From the NCBI GenBank assembly GCA_046301455.1, contig JBKCJY010000400.1, forward strand, positions 1 through 50,844: a DNA stretch of 50,844 nt, in the 5' to 3' direction. This document shows, one piece after another, positions 28,069 to 37,704 of this stretch. This DNA comes from Chitinophagaceae bacterium (GTDB lineage Bacteria; Bacteroidota; Bacteroidia; Chitinophagales; Chitinophagaceae). Numbering within the stretch: position 1 is the stretch's first letter; each line of letters opens with the position of its first letter. The notes beneath the pieces were generated by a model, which was not told the origin of the DNA, searched no databases, and saw nothing but the letters and a program-made list of their open reading frames with translations. The translations under genes were made by a program, and so were the position numbers.

Positions 28069-30180
28069 ATGACTCAACCAAAGCGATATTTAATTACAAG
28101 TGCACTGCCCTATGCCAATGGTTTAAAACATGTGGGTCATTTGGCGGGTGCGTATATTCCTGCAGATATTTATGTGCGTTACCTGCGTGCCCAAAAGCGT
28201 GATGTGGTGTTTGTGTGCGGCAGTGATGAACACGGAACGGCCATTCCCATACAGGCGGCCAAAGAAGGTACAGCTCCACGTGCTATAATTGATAAGTATC
28301 ATGAAGCCATGAAACAGGATTTTGATGACTTGAGCATGAGCTTTGATATTTACCACCGAACAAGCGAGCCAATTCATCATGAAACGGCGCAGGAGTTTTT
28401 TACATACTTAAATGACCGTGGCGAACTGGAAGTAAAAGAAAGTGAACAATTTTATGATGAGGAAGCAAAATCGTTCCTGGCTGACCGTTATATTAAAGGT
28501 ACCTGCCCCAATTGCGGTAGTGACCGTGCTTTTGGCGACCAGTGTGAAAACTGCGGAAGAACATTGAGCCCGGATGAGTTGATTAATCCAGTGAGTACAT
28601 TAAGCGGTAGTAAACCCGTGAAGAAAAAAACCTCACACTGGTATTTGCCATTGGGAAAACATGAAGAATTTTTAAGAGAATGGATTTTAAGAAAACATAA
28701 AGACGACTGGCGTGCATCAGTTGTGGGTCAGTGCAGAAGCTGGATTGAGGGTGGATTGCAATCACGTGCTATTAGCCGTGATTTGGAGTGGGGCATTAGA
28801 GTTCCGCACCCAGACGGAGTAGGAAAAGTGCTTTATGTTTGGTTTGATGCGCCTATAGGATACATCAGTGCCACCAAGCAATGGTCAATAGATAATAATA
28901 AAGACTGGAAACCTTATTGGTATGATGCAGATACCAAACTGGTGCACTTTGTTGGAAAAGATAACATTGTGTTTCATGCCATCATTTTTCCCATTATGCT
29001 CAAGCTGCATGGAAATATTTTGCCTGCAAATGTTCCTGCGAATGAGTTTTTAAATTTAGAAGGCGATAAGATGAGTACCAGCCGCAACTGGAAATTGGAT
29101 ATGCGTGATTACATCAACGATTTTGTGAAGAAGGAAAATGGGGGTTTGCAATGTGTGGATATGCTTCGTTATTACTTAACGCAGATTGCACCTGAAACTA
29201 AGGATAGCGAATTCATGTGGAAGGGTTTTCAAGATGCGGTGAACAGTGAACTGGTGAGCATCTTTGGGAATTTTATAAACAGAACCTGGGTGTTAATGCA
29301 TAAACTGTGCGGCGGTAAAGTACCGAAGTTGCATGAAGAATTATTAGATGAAACAGATAAGGATTTGATTGCTGAGATTGGAAAGGCAAAAAATAAAATT
29401 GAAAATTTACTTGAAGAATTTAAGTTTCGTGAAGCTTTGTTTGAAGTAATTGATTTGAGTCGAAAGGGTAATCAGTACATGCAGAAGAAAGAACCGTGGA
29501 TTGTGGCGAAGCAATTAGCTGATAATCCTGAGGCGCAGAAGAGTATTGATAATACTATGCATTTGTGTTTGCAGTTGAGTGCGAATCTTGCTATACTCAT
29601 CAATCCATTTTTACCCAATACGGCTAAGAAGATGATTTACATGATGAAGGTGGTTGAAAAGATGCTGGATTGGGAAAATGCAGGTAAAATAAAATTACTG
29701 AGCGTAGGTTATGCATTGCGTGCGCCTGAATTATTGTTCAGGAAAATTGAAGATGATGAAATAAAATACCAAGTTGAAAAACTAAAAGCAGGGCTTATAA
29801 AAATGGAGGAACCGAAAATGGAAGAAATAAAATCTGCAATCGTAAATCTGAAACCTGAAATCCAATTTGATGATTTTAGCAAAATTGATCTGAAAGTAGG
29901 AACGATTGTTACAGCAGAAAAAGTAGAGAAGGCAGATAAGCTTTTAAAGCTTTCTATTGACCTTGGTTTTGAAACAAGAACTATTGTAAGCGGTATAGCA
30001 CTACATTTCAAACCAGAAAATATAATTGGAAAACAGGTCGTGGTAGTTGCCAATTTAGCTCCTCGTAAAATGCGTGGCATTGAAAGCAACGGAATGATTT
30101 TAATGGCTGAGGATAAGGAAGGTAAATTACATTTTGTAAATCCTGATGGCATCACAAATAACGGGGCCCCGGTTAATTGA
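28069..30180 (+). CDS. metG: Methionine--tRNA ligase with C-terminal tRNA-binding domain
   Basis: ALPYANG, HVGH (HIGH), CPNC...CENC zinc knuckle, YVWFDA, KMSTS (KMSKS), OB-fold tail. Confidence 0.98.
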   Translation: MTQPKRYLITSALPYANGLKHVGHLAGAYIPADIYVRYLRAQKRDVVFVCGSDEHGTAIPIQAAKEGTAPRAIIDKYHEAMKQDFDDLSMSFDIYHRTSEPIHHETAQEFFTYLNDRGELEVKESEQFYDEEAKSFLADRYIKGTCPNCGSDRAFGDQCENCGRTLSPDELINPVSTLSGSKPVKKKTSHWYLPLGKHEEFLREWILRKHKDDWRASVVGQCRSWIEGGLQSRAISRDLEWGIRVPHPDGVGKVLYVWFDAPIGYISATKQWSIDNNKDWKPYWYDADTKLVHFVGKDNIVFHAIIFPIMLKLHGNILPANVPANEFLNLEGDKMSTSRNWKLDMRDYINDFVKKENGGLQCVDMLRYYLTQIAPETKDSEFMWKGFQDAVNSELVSIFGNFINRTWVLMHKLCGGKVPKLHEELLDETDKDLIAEIGKAKNKIENLLEEFKFREALFEVIDLSRKGNQYMQKKEPWIVAKQLADNPEAQKSIDNTMHLCLQLSANLAILINPFLPNTAKKMIYMMKVVEKMLDWENAGKIKLLSVGYALRAPELLFRKIEDDEIKYQVEKLKAGLIKMEEPKMEEIKSAIVNLKPEIQFDDFSKIDLKVGTIVTAEKVEKADKLLKLSIDLGFETRTIVSGIALHFKPENIIGKQVVVVANLAPRKMRGIESNGMILMAEDKEGKLHFVNPDGITNNGAPVN
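29830..29864 (+). repeat. Heptamer array inside the metG linker
   Basis: aaatctg caatcgt aaatctg aaacctg aaatcca (encodes KSAIVNLKPEI). Confidence 0.6.
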
Positions 30181-30201
30181 TGTTTGCCTCATGTTCATGC
30201 A

Positions 30202-30312
30202 TTATGAATTATAAACTAAGAAATTAATAATCCATACAATGGCATGAAATGCAAAAGCTACTCCGATTGAAAATAGCATTTGAGTTGTTTTGTTGTAAGT
30301 AAACGTTTTCAT
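30202..30312 (-). CDS. Putative 36-aa single-TM small protein
   Basis: MKTFTYNKTTQMLFSIGVAFAFHAIVWIINFLVYNS*; leader ttaaccttaaaaattacagtt; below the ORF-track cutoff. Confidence 0.55.
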   Translation of the reverse strand: MKTFTYNKTTQMLFSIGVAFAFHAIVWIINFLVYNS

Positions 30313-30494
30313 AACTGTAATTTTTAAGGTTAAGGATTATACTTCATAGACCCTGCTTATTAGGCGGGGTTTAATCTTTTAAGACCATTAAGTTTTTCTT
30401 AACAGGAAAGTTTTTTGAATCCTTTTCTCCTAAAATCAATTTTATCCTATCTTCGATTTCAAATAGTTGCATAACTAACTAATTTTGTTTCTAT

Positions 30495-32876
30495 ATGAAA
30501 AGAACGATTAAAAAAGTTGCTGTCCTCGGAAGCGGTGTAATGGGTTCAAGAATTGCTTGTCATTTTGCAGGAGTAGGTGTTCAAACACTTTTGCTGGATA
30601 TGGTGCCCAAAGGAATGGAAGAAAGCACCAAACCTGCTGAACGAAATAAACTGGTGAATGATGCTTTAGCTGCTGCTATCAAAAGCAATCCATCACCTGT
30701 GTACACCAAAGATGTGGCAAAGAAAATCACAACAGGCAATTTCACTGACAATATGAAAGACATTGCCAACTGTGATTGGATTATTGAAGTGGTAGTGGAG
30801 CGATTGGATATTAAGCAACTGATTTTTGAACAGGTAGAAAAATATCGTAAAGCCGGAACACTCATTACGTCTAATACATCAGGCATTCCCATCAATATGA
30901 TGGCTGAAGGAAGAAGTGATGATTTCAAAAAACATTTCTGTGGTACACACTTTTTTAATCCGCCACGTTATTTGCGTTTGCTGGAAATTATTCCCACGAA
31001 ATATACTGACCCTGCCATTGTTGATTTTTTAATGAACTATGGTGATTTGATTTTGGGTAAAACCACTGTCTTGTGTAAAGACACGCCTGCCTTCATTGCC
31101 AATCGTATTGGTGTATTTGGTATGATGGCGATAATGAATACCATGGAGAAAATGAATTTGAGTGTGGATGAAGTGGATGCGTTAACTGGTCCGATCATCG
31201 GTCGCCCAAAATCTGCAACATTCCGTACAGGTGATGTAGTAGGTTTGGACACATTGGTCAAAGTAGCAAAAGGTGTGGCTGATAATTGTCCTGATGATGA
31301 AGCAAAGCAATTGTTCAACATTCCGGCATGGTTGCAAAAGATGCTTGACAATAATTGGTTGGGTGATAAAACAGGTCAGGGCTTTTTCAAAAAGACAAAA
31401 GGAAGTGGAGGTGAAAAAGAAATCCTCACTTTGAATTTGCAAACAATGGAGTACGGTCCACGTGTAAAATCAAAGTTTGCAAGTATTGATGCGGCCAAAC
31501 CCATTGACGATTTAAAAACAAGAATTAAAATGCTCTGTGGTGGAACTGATAAAGCAGGTCAGTTTTATAAAACATTTCATTACGCATTGTTCTCTTATAT
31601 TTCTCACCGCATTTCTGAAATCAGTGATGAGCTGTATCGTGTAGATGATGCAATGATGGCAGGTTTTGGTTGGGAAATAGGAGCTTTTGAAACCTGGGAT
31701 GTGCTGGGTGTGGCCAAACAAACCGAAGCACTCAAAGCAGCAGGTTATACAGTTGCGCCATGGATTTATGAAATGCTTGCCAAAGGCAATACATCTTTTT
31801 ATAAAGTAGAAAATGGGAAACGTTTATGCTATTCTCCATTAACTGGTAACTATGTTTCTACGGTTGGTGATGAAAGCGCTTTCATTGTGATGAAGAATTT
31901 TGAAAACCAAACCATCTGGAAGAATGCAGCATGCCGCACGTATCATTTAGGAGATGATGTAATTGGTTTGGAATGGTACACAAAGATGAACAGCATTGGA
32001 GCAGAAGTATTAGAGGGATTGAACAAATCAGTTGCATTGGCTGAAGAAAAATACAAAGGTCTTGTGGTGGCGAATGATGGTGCACAGTTCAGCGCAGGTG
32101 CAAATGTGGGAATGATCTTCATGTTCGCCATAGAGCAGGAGTATGACGAACTGGATATGGCCATTCGTATGTTCCAGAACTCAACTATGCGTTTGCGTTA
32201 TTCATCCGTACCTGTTGTAGTGGCCCCGCATGGATTAACATTGGGCGGTGGATGTGAAATCAATCTGCATGCAGATAAATGTATGCCTGCTGCAGAAACA
32301 TATATTGGCCTGGTAGAGCTTGGCGTTGGTTTAATTCCCGGTGGTGGTGGCACGAAAGAATTTGTGTTGCGTGCTGCTGATGAAATGCATGAAGATGAAC
32401 CCGAAACCATTACACTCAAAAATCGCTTCTTAAATATTGCAACAGCAAAAGTAGCTACATCAGCACAGGAAGGTTTTCAGATTGGGGTGTTACGCAAAGG
32501 ATTGGATGAAGTGGTTATGAATCAAGGCCGTCGCATTTCAGAAGCCAAAAGAAGTGTGATTGAATTGTTTGACAGTGGTTATGTAACACCTGTTCAACGT
32601 GCAGATATTAAAGTGTTGGGACGTTCAGCATTGGGCGCCTTGCTTGCCGGTATCAATGGTATGCAAACAGCAGGTTATGCAACTCCGCATGATGCAACTG
32701 TTGCTAAAAAATTAGCTTACGTGATGTGTGGTGGTGATTTGAGTGAACCAACCTTAGTTTCAGAACAATATTTATTGGATCTGGAACGTGAAGCATTTTT
32801 AAGTTTGTGCGGTGAAAAGAAAACATTAGAGCGTATTCAGAGTTTGTTGAAGGGTGGGAAGCCTGTTAGAAATTAA
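30495..32876 (+). CDS. fadN: 3-hydroxyacyl-CoA dehydrogenase / enoyl-CoA hydratase (FadN type)
   Basis: VLGSGVMG, SNTSG, HFFNPPRY, FIANRIG; C-terminal crotonase FSAGAN, LGGGCE, GLVELGVGLIPGGGG. Confidence 0.93.
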   Translation: MKRTIKKVAVLGSGVMGSRIACHFAGVGVQTLLLDMVPKGMEESTKPAERNKLVNDALAAAIKSNPSPVYTKDVAKKITTGNFTDNMKDIANCDWIIEVVVERLDIKQLIFEQVEKYRKAGTLITSNTSGIPINMMAEGRSDDFKKHFCGTHFFNPPRYLRLLEIIPTKYTDPAIVDFLMNYGDLILGKTTVLCKDTPAFIANRIGVFGMMAIMNTMEKMNLSVDEVDALTGPIIGRPKSATFRTGDVVGLDTLVKVAKGVADNCPDDEAKQLFNIPAWLQKMLDNNWLGDKTGQGFFKKTKGSGGEKEILTLNLQTMEYGPRVKSKFASIDAAKPIDDLKTRIKMLCGGTDKAGQFYKTFHYALFSYISHRISEISDELYRVDDAMMAGFGWEIGAFETWDVLGVAKQTEALKAAGYTVAPWIYEMLAKGNTSFYKVENGKRLCYSPLTGNYVSTVGDESAFIVMKNFENQTIWKNAACRTYHLGDDVIGLEWYTKMNSIGAEVLEGLNKSVALAEEKYKGLVVANDGAQFSAGANVGMIFMFAIEQEYDELDMAIRMFQNSTMRLRYSSVPVVVAPHGLTLGGGCEINLHADKCMPAAETYIGLVELGVGLIPGGGGTKEFVLRAADEMHEDEPETITLKNRFLNIATAKVATSAQEGFQIGVLRKGLDEVVMNQGRRISEAKRSVIELFDSGYVTPVQRADIKVLGRSALGALLAGINGMQTAGYATPHDATVAKKLAYVMCGGDLSEPTLVSEQYLLDLEREAFLSLCGEKKTLERIQSLLKGGKPVRN

Positions 32877-32903
32877 TCATAACAATTCATTTTATTTGCA
32901 ATC

Positions 32904-32937
32904 AAAAGTGTTGGTTAACTTAGCCAACACTTTTTTT
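32904..32937 (+). terminator. Intrinsic terminator after fadN
   Basis: aaaagtgttggttaa-c-ttagccaacactttt plus T tract. Confidence 0.75.
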
Positions 32938-32940
32938 ATT

Positions 32941-33552
32941 ATGACTTACCGTGTTGTCATTTTTATTTTCAACGAAGTAGAAGTATTAGACTTTGCAGGT
33001 CCTTTTGAAGTATTCAGCGTAGCTGGATTACGAACTTCAATTACTCCGCCATTTGAAGTATTTACAGTTGCACAATTTGATAACATCAACGCAAGAAATC
33101 ATCTCACCATCAAACCAACTTATACTTTGGAGAAAGCTCCGAAAGCTGATATCATTGTTATTCCCGGTGGTGGCGGCATTCATCCTGATGGTTCACCCTT
33201 TGGTAGTAGGAGAGAAATGAACAACCCCATTGTACTCAAATGGATTCAGGAGCAAAGTGCCAATGCCCAATTGACCTTAAGTGTTTGTACAGGCTCACTC
33301 CTCCTTGCTAAAGCTGGTTTACTAGAAGGAAAAGAAGCCACCACACATTTTTTAGCAATTGATTCGCTCAAAAAAATTTCAGATAACATCACTGTAAAAG
33401 AAAAAACAAGATTTGTTGATAATGGAAACATCATTACATCAGAAGGGGTTTCGGCGGGTATTGACATGAGTCTGCATGTGGTGAGTAAACTGCTGGGAAA
33501 AGAAACTGCTGATGAAACGGCAAGGTATATGCAATATGATTATTGGAAATAA
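32941..33552 (+). CDS. DJ-1/PfpI family protein
   Basis: EVLDFAGPFEVF, IPGG, SVCTG (Cys), ATTH, GVSAGIDM; start moved to ATG 32941, past the terminator. Confidence 0.92.
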   Translation: MTYRVVIFIFNEVEVLDFAGPFEVFSVAGLRTSITPPFEVFTVAQFDNINARNHLTIKPTYTLEKAPKADIIVIPGGGGIHPDGSPFGSRREMNNPIVLKWIQEQSANAQLTLSVCTGSLLLAKAGLLEGKEATTHFLAIDSLKKISDNITVKEKTRFVDNGNIITSEGVSAGIDMSLHVVSKLLGKETADETARYMQYDYWK

Positions 33553-33559
33553 GAAACAC

Positions 33560-34222
33560 ATGGGCACTGTTCAACTTATTCCGGATCAACAATTACTCCT
33601 CATCCGTTCTGTATTTTTCTTTTACGGTAATGAGGCAAATGATACATTGGCACAGCAAATTGCAACAGATATTCAGCAGCATTGGAATGAACCTAATACA
33701 AGTATTCACCTGCAAAACAAAAAATGGAACATCCGGTTTCAGATTGAAGGTCATTACATGCAAAACTTAGGGCCGCAAGAAGTTTGGTATAATACCAATC
33801 CGGCAAACAATTATTTCCGCATTGAAAATTTTTCTCCTACACATATATCCTTTGTAGATGGGCTTGGTTGTAATACCGGTTATTTTAAGCTGGATAATTT
33901 ATTACAAACCTCCACCACCGCTGCACATGAGTATGGTCACACGTTGGGACTGGAGCATCCTGATGATTTGGATATACGAGGAAGAGAAATTCCCGGGATC
34001 ATGTACCCACGTGGTACAATTTGTGACCCGCATTTTCAGTACGATGTTTCCAAAAGCCCTGGCGAAAAAGGAGGAACGCTAAATCCTCACCACCGCAAAG
34101 TTTTACAGAGTGATATTGATGATTTAAAACTGCACAAGCTCCGCTTTGATAAAAACGGTTTTGCCGTTCTTGGAGAATTTACAAGTATTTATCATCCTTT
34201 ATATACCACTAATGAAGATTGA
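33560..34222 (+). CDS. Metzincin-like zinc metalloprotease (M10-like), no signal peptide
   Basis: HEYGHTLGLEH (HExxHxxGxxH) and Met-turn GIMYP. Confidence 0.85.
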   Translation: MGTVQLIPDQQLLLIRSVFFFYGNEANDTLAQQIATDIQQHWNEPNTSIHLQNKKWNIRFQIEGHYMQNLGPQEVWYNTNPANNYFRIENFSPTHISFVDGLGCNTGYFKLDNLLQTSTTAAHEYGHTLGLEHPDDLDIRGREIPGIMYPRGTICDPHFQYDVSKSPGEKGGTLNPHHRKVLQSDIDDLKLHKLRFDKNGFAVLGEFTSIYHPLYTTNED

Positions 34223-34268
34223 TACTTTGTGTGGGATTTCTTAATATCTTGGCACTTGCATGTCTATC

Positions 34269-34324
34269 AACCTCACAGTTTTGAAAGCGGAATGATTCCG
34301 CAGTTAAGACTGTGAGGTTTTTTT
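34269..34324 (+). terminator. Long interrupted hairpin with U-tract directly upstream of the ABC ATPase gene
   Basis: aacctcacagt/actgtgaggtt outer stem, gcggaa/ttccgc inner stem, T tract. Confidence 0.7.
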
Positions 34325-34335
34325 AAAATAAAACT

Positions 34336-35229
34336 ATGAGTATACTTTCGATTTCAGATCTTAAAAAAACGTACGGTAAAATACAGGCACTCAAAGGTGT
34401 TTCTTTTGAAGTGCCTGAAGGTTCTGTCTTTGGAATTCTTGGTCCAAACGGAAGCGGTAAAACAACCTTGCTCAGCATAATACTGGATGTATTGAATGCT
34501 GACAGCGGATCTTACAACTGGTTTGGTGAGCCGGCATCACCTGCACTTCGTAAAAAAATCGGTTCGTTATTAGAAACCCCCAACTTTTATCATTACTTAT
34601 CTGCCACCAGGAATTTAGATATAACACACAGCATTAGTGGGAGAGGAGATAAAAATGGTATTGATGCTGTTTTGCAGAAAGTAAAATTGTATGAACGCAG
34701 AAAAAGTAAGTTCAGCAGTTTTAGTTTGGGAATGAAACAACGACTGGCTATAGCAGCAGCCTTGCTGGGGGATCCTGCGATTTTGGTTTTGGATGAACCT
34801 ACCAATGGTTTAGATCCTGTGGGTATTATGGAAATCCGTGAGCTCATTATTGAACTTAGTAAAAAAGGGCACACCATCATCATGGCCAGTCATTTGCTCG
34901 ATGAAGTGGAGAAGGTGTGCACGCATGTTGCAATTTTAAAAACAGGAACATTGGTAACCTCAGGTGCTGTTCATGATGTGCTGGTAGATGAAGATATTGT
35001 TGAGTTGAGTGCAGCTGATATTCTCAAACTAAAAGAAGCAGTGAAAGATTTTAAAGGTGTTACACAAATAGTATCATCGGAACATTATGTACAGTTGTAC
35101 CTGCTCAAAGGCACAGCAAAGTTGGAAGAGATTAACAGCTATTGTTTCAGCAAAGGCATTGTATTGAATCACTTACTGCTCAAACGCAAACGCCTTGAAG
35201 AAAAATTCTTTGAACTCACCAATAACTAA
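34336..35229 (+). CDS. ABC transporter ATP-binding protein (ABC-2/BcrA-like exporter)
   Basis: GPNGSGKTT, FSLGMKQR, ILVLDEPTNGLDP, SH switch. Confidence 0.95.
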   Translation: MSILSISDLKKTYGKIQALKGVSFEVPEGSVFGILGPNGSGKTTLLSIILDVLNADSGSYNWFGEPASPALRKKIGSLLETPNFYHYLSATRNLDITHSISGRGDKNGIDAVLQKVKLYERRKSKFSSFSLGMKQRLAIAAALLGDPAILVLDEPTNGLDPVGIMEIRELIIELSKKGHTIIMASHLLDEVEKVCTHVAILKTGTLVTSGAVHDVLVDEDIVELSAADILKLKEAVKDFKGVTQIVSSEHYVQLYLLKGTAKLEEINSYCFSKGIVLNHLLLKRKRLEEKFFELTNN

Positions 35230-35258
35230 ATAACTCATCATCTCAATAATTGTTTTCC

Positions 35259-36074
35259 ATGCTTAACTTATTACGTACAGAGTGGCTTAAAATAAAAAAC
35301 TATCCCGGCTTTTGGTGGATAATGGGCGTAACATTGTTATCATATCCCGGTATCAATGGCTTATTGTATTTTATTTACAAGGAGCAAACACAAAATGCAA
35401 AGCAAGCCGCACAAATGATCAAATTCCTGATCGGCAATCCGTTTGAATTGCCGGAAGTGTTCCGAACGGTTGCTTTCGCATCTTCACTGTTTGTTTTTAT
35501 TCCTGCTATTTTAGTGATTATGCTTATTACAAATGAGTATACGTACAAGACGAACAGACAAAATGTAATTGATGGGTGGAGTCGAAATGAATTTTTAATT
35601 GCAAAATTTTTCAATGTTGTTATCATTACAGCTCTGGTAGTTGGTTTATATCTACTTGTAACAATCACTATAGGACTTATAACAACTCCTCAAACTTCCG
35701 GTGAAAGCTGGAAAATGCTGAATTATGCAGCCCTCTTTGCCTTACAGGTATTTGCACAATTGTCATTTGCTTTTTTACTGGGATTGATCATTCGGCGTGC
35801 ATTTATTGCTTTGGGTGTGTTTATATTTTATAAAATTGTATTGGAGAATATTTTAAGCGGGGTAATGATTTCATTTGCAAAAGATGCAGGACGTTTTTTG
35901 CCCACAGAATCATCAGACCGTTTAACACCTATTCCTGCTTTTCTTGGAAAACTCAACCCCGAGTCCTACGCTAAATCATTAGGACTTCTGAATCAACAGG
36001 CGCTTATTACATTTGGTTATCTGCTTATTTTCTGGGTGCTGGCATTCTGGGTTTATAAAAAGCGTGACCTATAA
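35259..36074 (+). CDS. ABC-2 type permease
   Basis: About 6 TM; LRTEWLK, NEYTYKT...SRNEFLIAK; follows the ATPase gene. Confidence 0.88.
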   Translation: MLNLLRTEWLKIKNYPGFWWIMGVTLLSYPGINGLLYFIYKEQTQNAKQAAQMIKFLIGNPFELPEVFRTVAFASSLFVFIPAILVIMLITNEYTYKTNRQNVIDGWSRNEFLIAKFFNVVIITALVVGLYLLVTITIGLITTPQTSGESWKMLNYAALFALQVFAQLSFAFLLGLIIRRAFIALGVFIFYKIVLENILSGVMISFAKDAGRFLPTESSDRLTPIPAFLGKLNPESYAKSLGLLNQQALITFGYLLIFWVLAFWVYKKRDL

Positions 36075-36085
36075 AATTAATACGA

Positions 36086-36616
36086 ATGAAAAATTTAATA
36101 GTGTTATTTCTTCTAATTTCAATACATTTTGCAGCTGCACAAAATCAGCAAACTATCATAAAAACGGAAGCTTTAAAAATGGCCAAAGCTTTAGCCGCTA
36201 TGGATTTAGAAACTTATTCCACTTTTAGCTGGCCCGAATTGGTAAGTGATCTAAAAAACAAACAAATGATTAAGCAGGTGGCCGACAGTGCCGATAAATA
36301 CAGAAAGCAATTTGGAATTAAAGTAAAATCAATCGTGATTGGCAATCCTTCAGAAGTTATTAGACATAAAGGCGTACTTCAATGCACCATACCTCAAACA
36401 CTTGCAGTAGAAGCCATGATGGGAAGTATTGAAACGGAAACTACATTGATTGCTTTATCAAAAGATGGAAAGAAATGGTATTTTGTTGATGCAAACCTTT
36501 TTAACAATAAAGAAACAAAGCCAAAATTACCTGAGTTAAGTCCTCAATTAAAAATTCCTCCGCAAAAAATGCCCGTAATGAAAGATGCAAGTGGCAAAGA
36601 ACTGAAAATGCAGTAA
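36086..36616 (+). CDS. Hypothetical secreted protein
   Basis: Sec signal ending AAA-Q; SKDGKKWYFVD C-terminal motif. Confidence 0.78.
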   Translation: MKNLIVLFLLISIHFAAAQNQQTIIKTEALKMAKALAAMDLETYSTFSWPELVSDLKNKQMIKQVADSADKYRKQFGIKVKSIVIGNPSEVIRHKGVLQCTIPQTLAVEAMMGSIETETTLIALSKDGKKWYFVDANLFNNKETKPKLPELSPQLKIPPQKMPVMKDASGKELKMQ

Positions 36617-36696
36617 AACTGATAAGCTAAAAGTAGTTAAGCTGAAGAGAGTTAATGGGAGAAACGAACATGAAGCCGATTTCTCTTAAGTTCATC

Positions 36697-37608
36697 TCAT
36701 TGTATCAACTCGTTCAACGCAGCATCTAAACTCGGGTATAAAAATTGAAAACCTGTTTGCTTAATTTTTTCTGCACTCACAGTTGTGCTTTTCAGTACTT
36801 CAATACTCATTTCGCCCAATACAATTTTCAAAACAATAGAAGGAACAGGTGCTGTAATAAAAGTATTGCCTTTCATTTTTTTTGCAAGCGCTAATGTCAT
36901 TTCCTTATTACTTACAGGTTTTGGGGCTACTGCATTATAAATACCGTTGATGTTGTTTTCAATGGCATAAATAAACATGCGGCATAAATCATCAATATGA
37001 ACCCAGCTTATGATTTGCCTGCCACTTCCAAGTATCGTTGCCAATCCAAATTGCAATGGCTTTTTAAATTCTTTCAAAGCTCCGCCATCATTGCTTAAAA
37101 CAATTCCTGTACGCAATTTTGCCAATCGAATGCCCAACAGCTCAACAGGTTCAATACTTTTTTCCCATTGTAAACACGTTTGTCCTAAAAAATCATCATG
37201 TGCCTTATCGGTTTCAACAAATGGGGCTCCACCAACTTTATCAGGGCCATACCAGCCGATTGCAGAGGAACTGATGATGGTTTTTACACTTCCTTTATCT
37301 TCTTGAAGTGTTTTTACAAGCAATGCGCTGCTTTGCGTGCGGCTGTTGAGGATTTCCTGTTTGCGTTTCTTTGTCCATCTTTTATCTGCCACACCAGCGC
37401 CGGCAAGGTGCACAATCGCATCGCATGTACGTACCGCTTCAGCATCAATACTTCCTTTGTTGGTATCCCATTCAGCAAAACTAATTTTGCTGCTTCCTTT
37501 TTTTGCTGAACGGGTTAAAACCAAAACTTCATGACCTTGCGATGACAATAATTCTGTTAATCGCTTGCCGATTAATCCTGTGCCTCCAGTTATACAAATC
37601 TTGCTCAT
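36697..37608 (-). CDS. TIGR01777 / YfcH-like NAD-dependent epimerase family protein
   Basis: ITGGTGLIG, HLAG, KRWT, SAIGWYG, LRTGIVL, GSGRQIISWVHIDD. Confidence 0.93.
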   Translation of the reverse strand: MSKICITGGTGLIGKRLTELLSSQGHEVLVLTRSAKKGSSKISFAEWDTNKGSIDAEAVRTCDAIVHLAGAGVADKRWTKKRKQEILNSRTQSSALLVKTLQEDKGSVKTIISSSAIGWYGPDKVGGAPFVETDKAHDDFLGQTCLQWEKSIEPVELLGIRLAKLRTGIVLSNDGGALKEFKKPLQFGLATILGSGRQIISWVHIDDLCRMFIYAIENNINGIYNAVAPKPVSNKEMTLALAKKMKGNTFITAPVPSIVLKIVLGEMSIEVLKSTTVSAEKIKQTGFQFLYPSLDAALNELIQ

Positions 37609-37704
37609 TTTTTCTGCTCTTATGTGTGTAAATTAAATTTTAACCGCATCTTTCAAACATATTTCTTTGTTCCTCGTTAACTTTAGACAGAATAATTACA
37701 GATT

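Noticed and set aside
36623-36655. 15-nt tandem repeat taagctaaaagtagt/taagctgaagagagt between convergent genes
   Set aside because: Two imperfect units only; too weak to interpret
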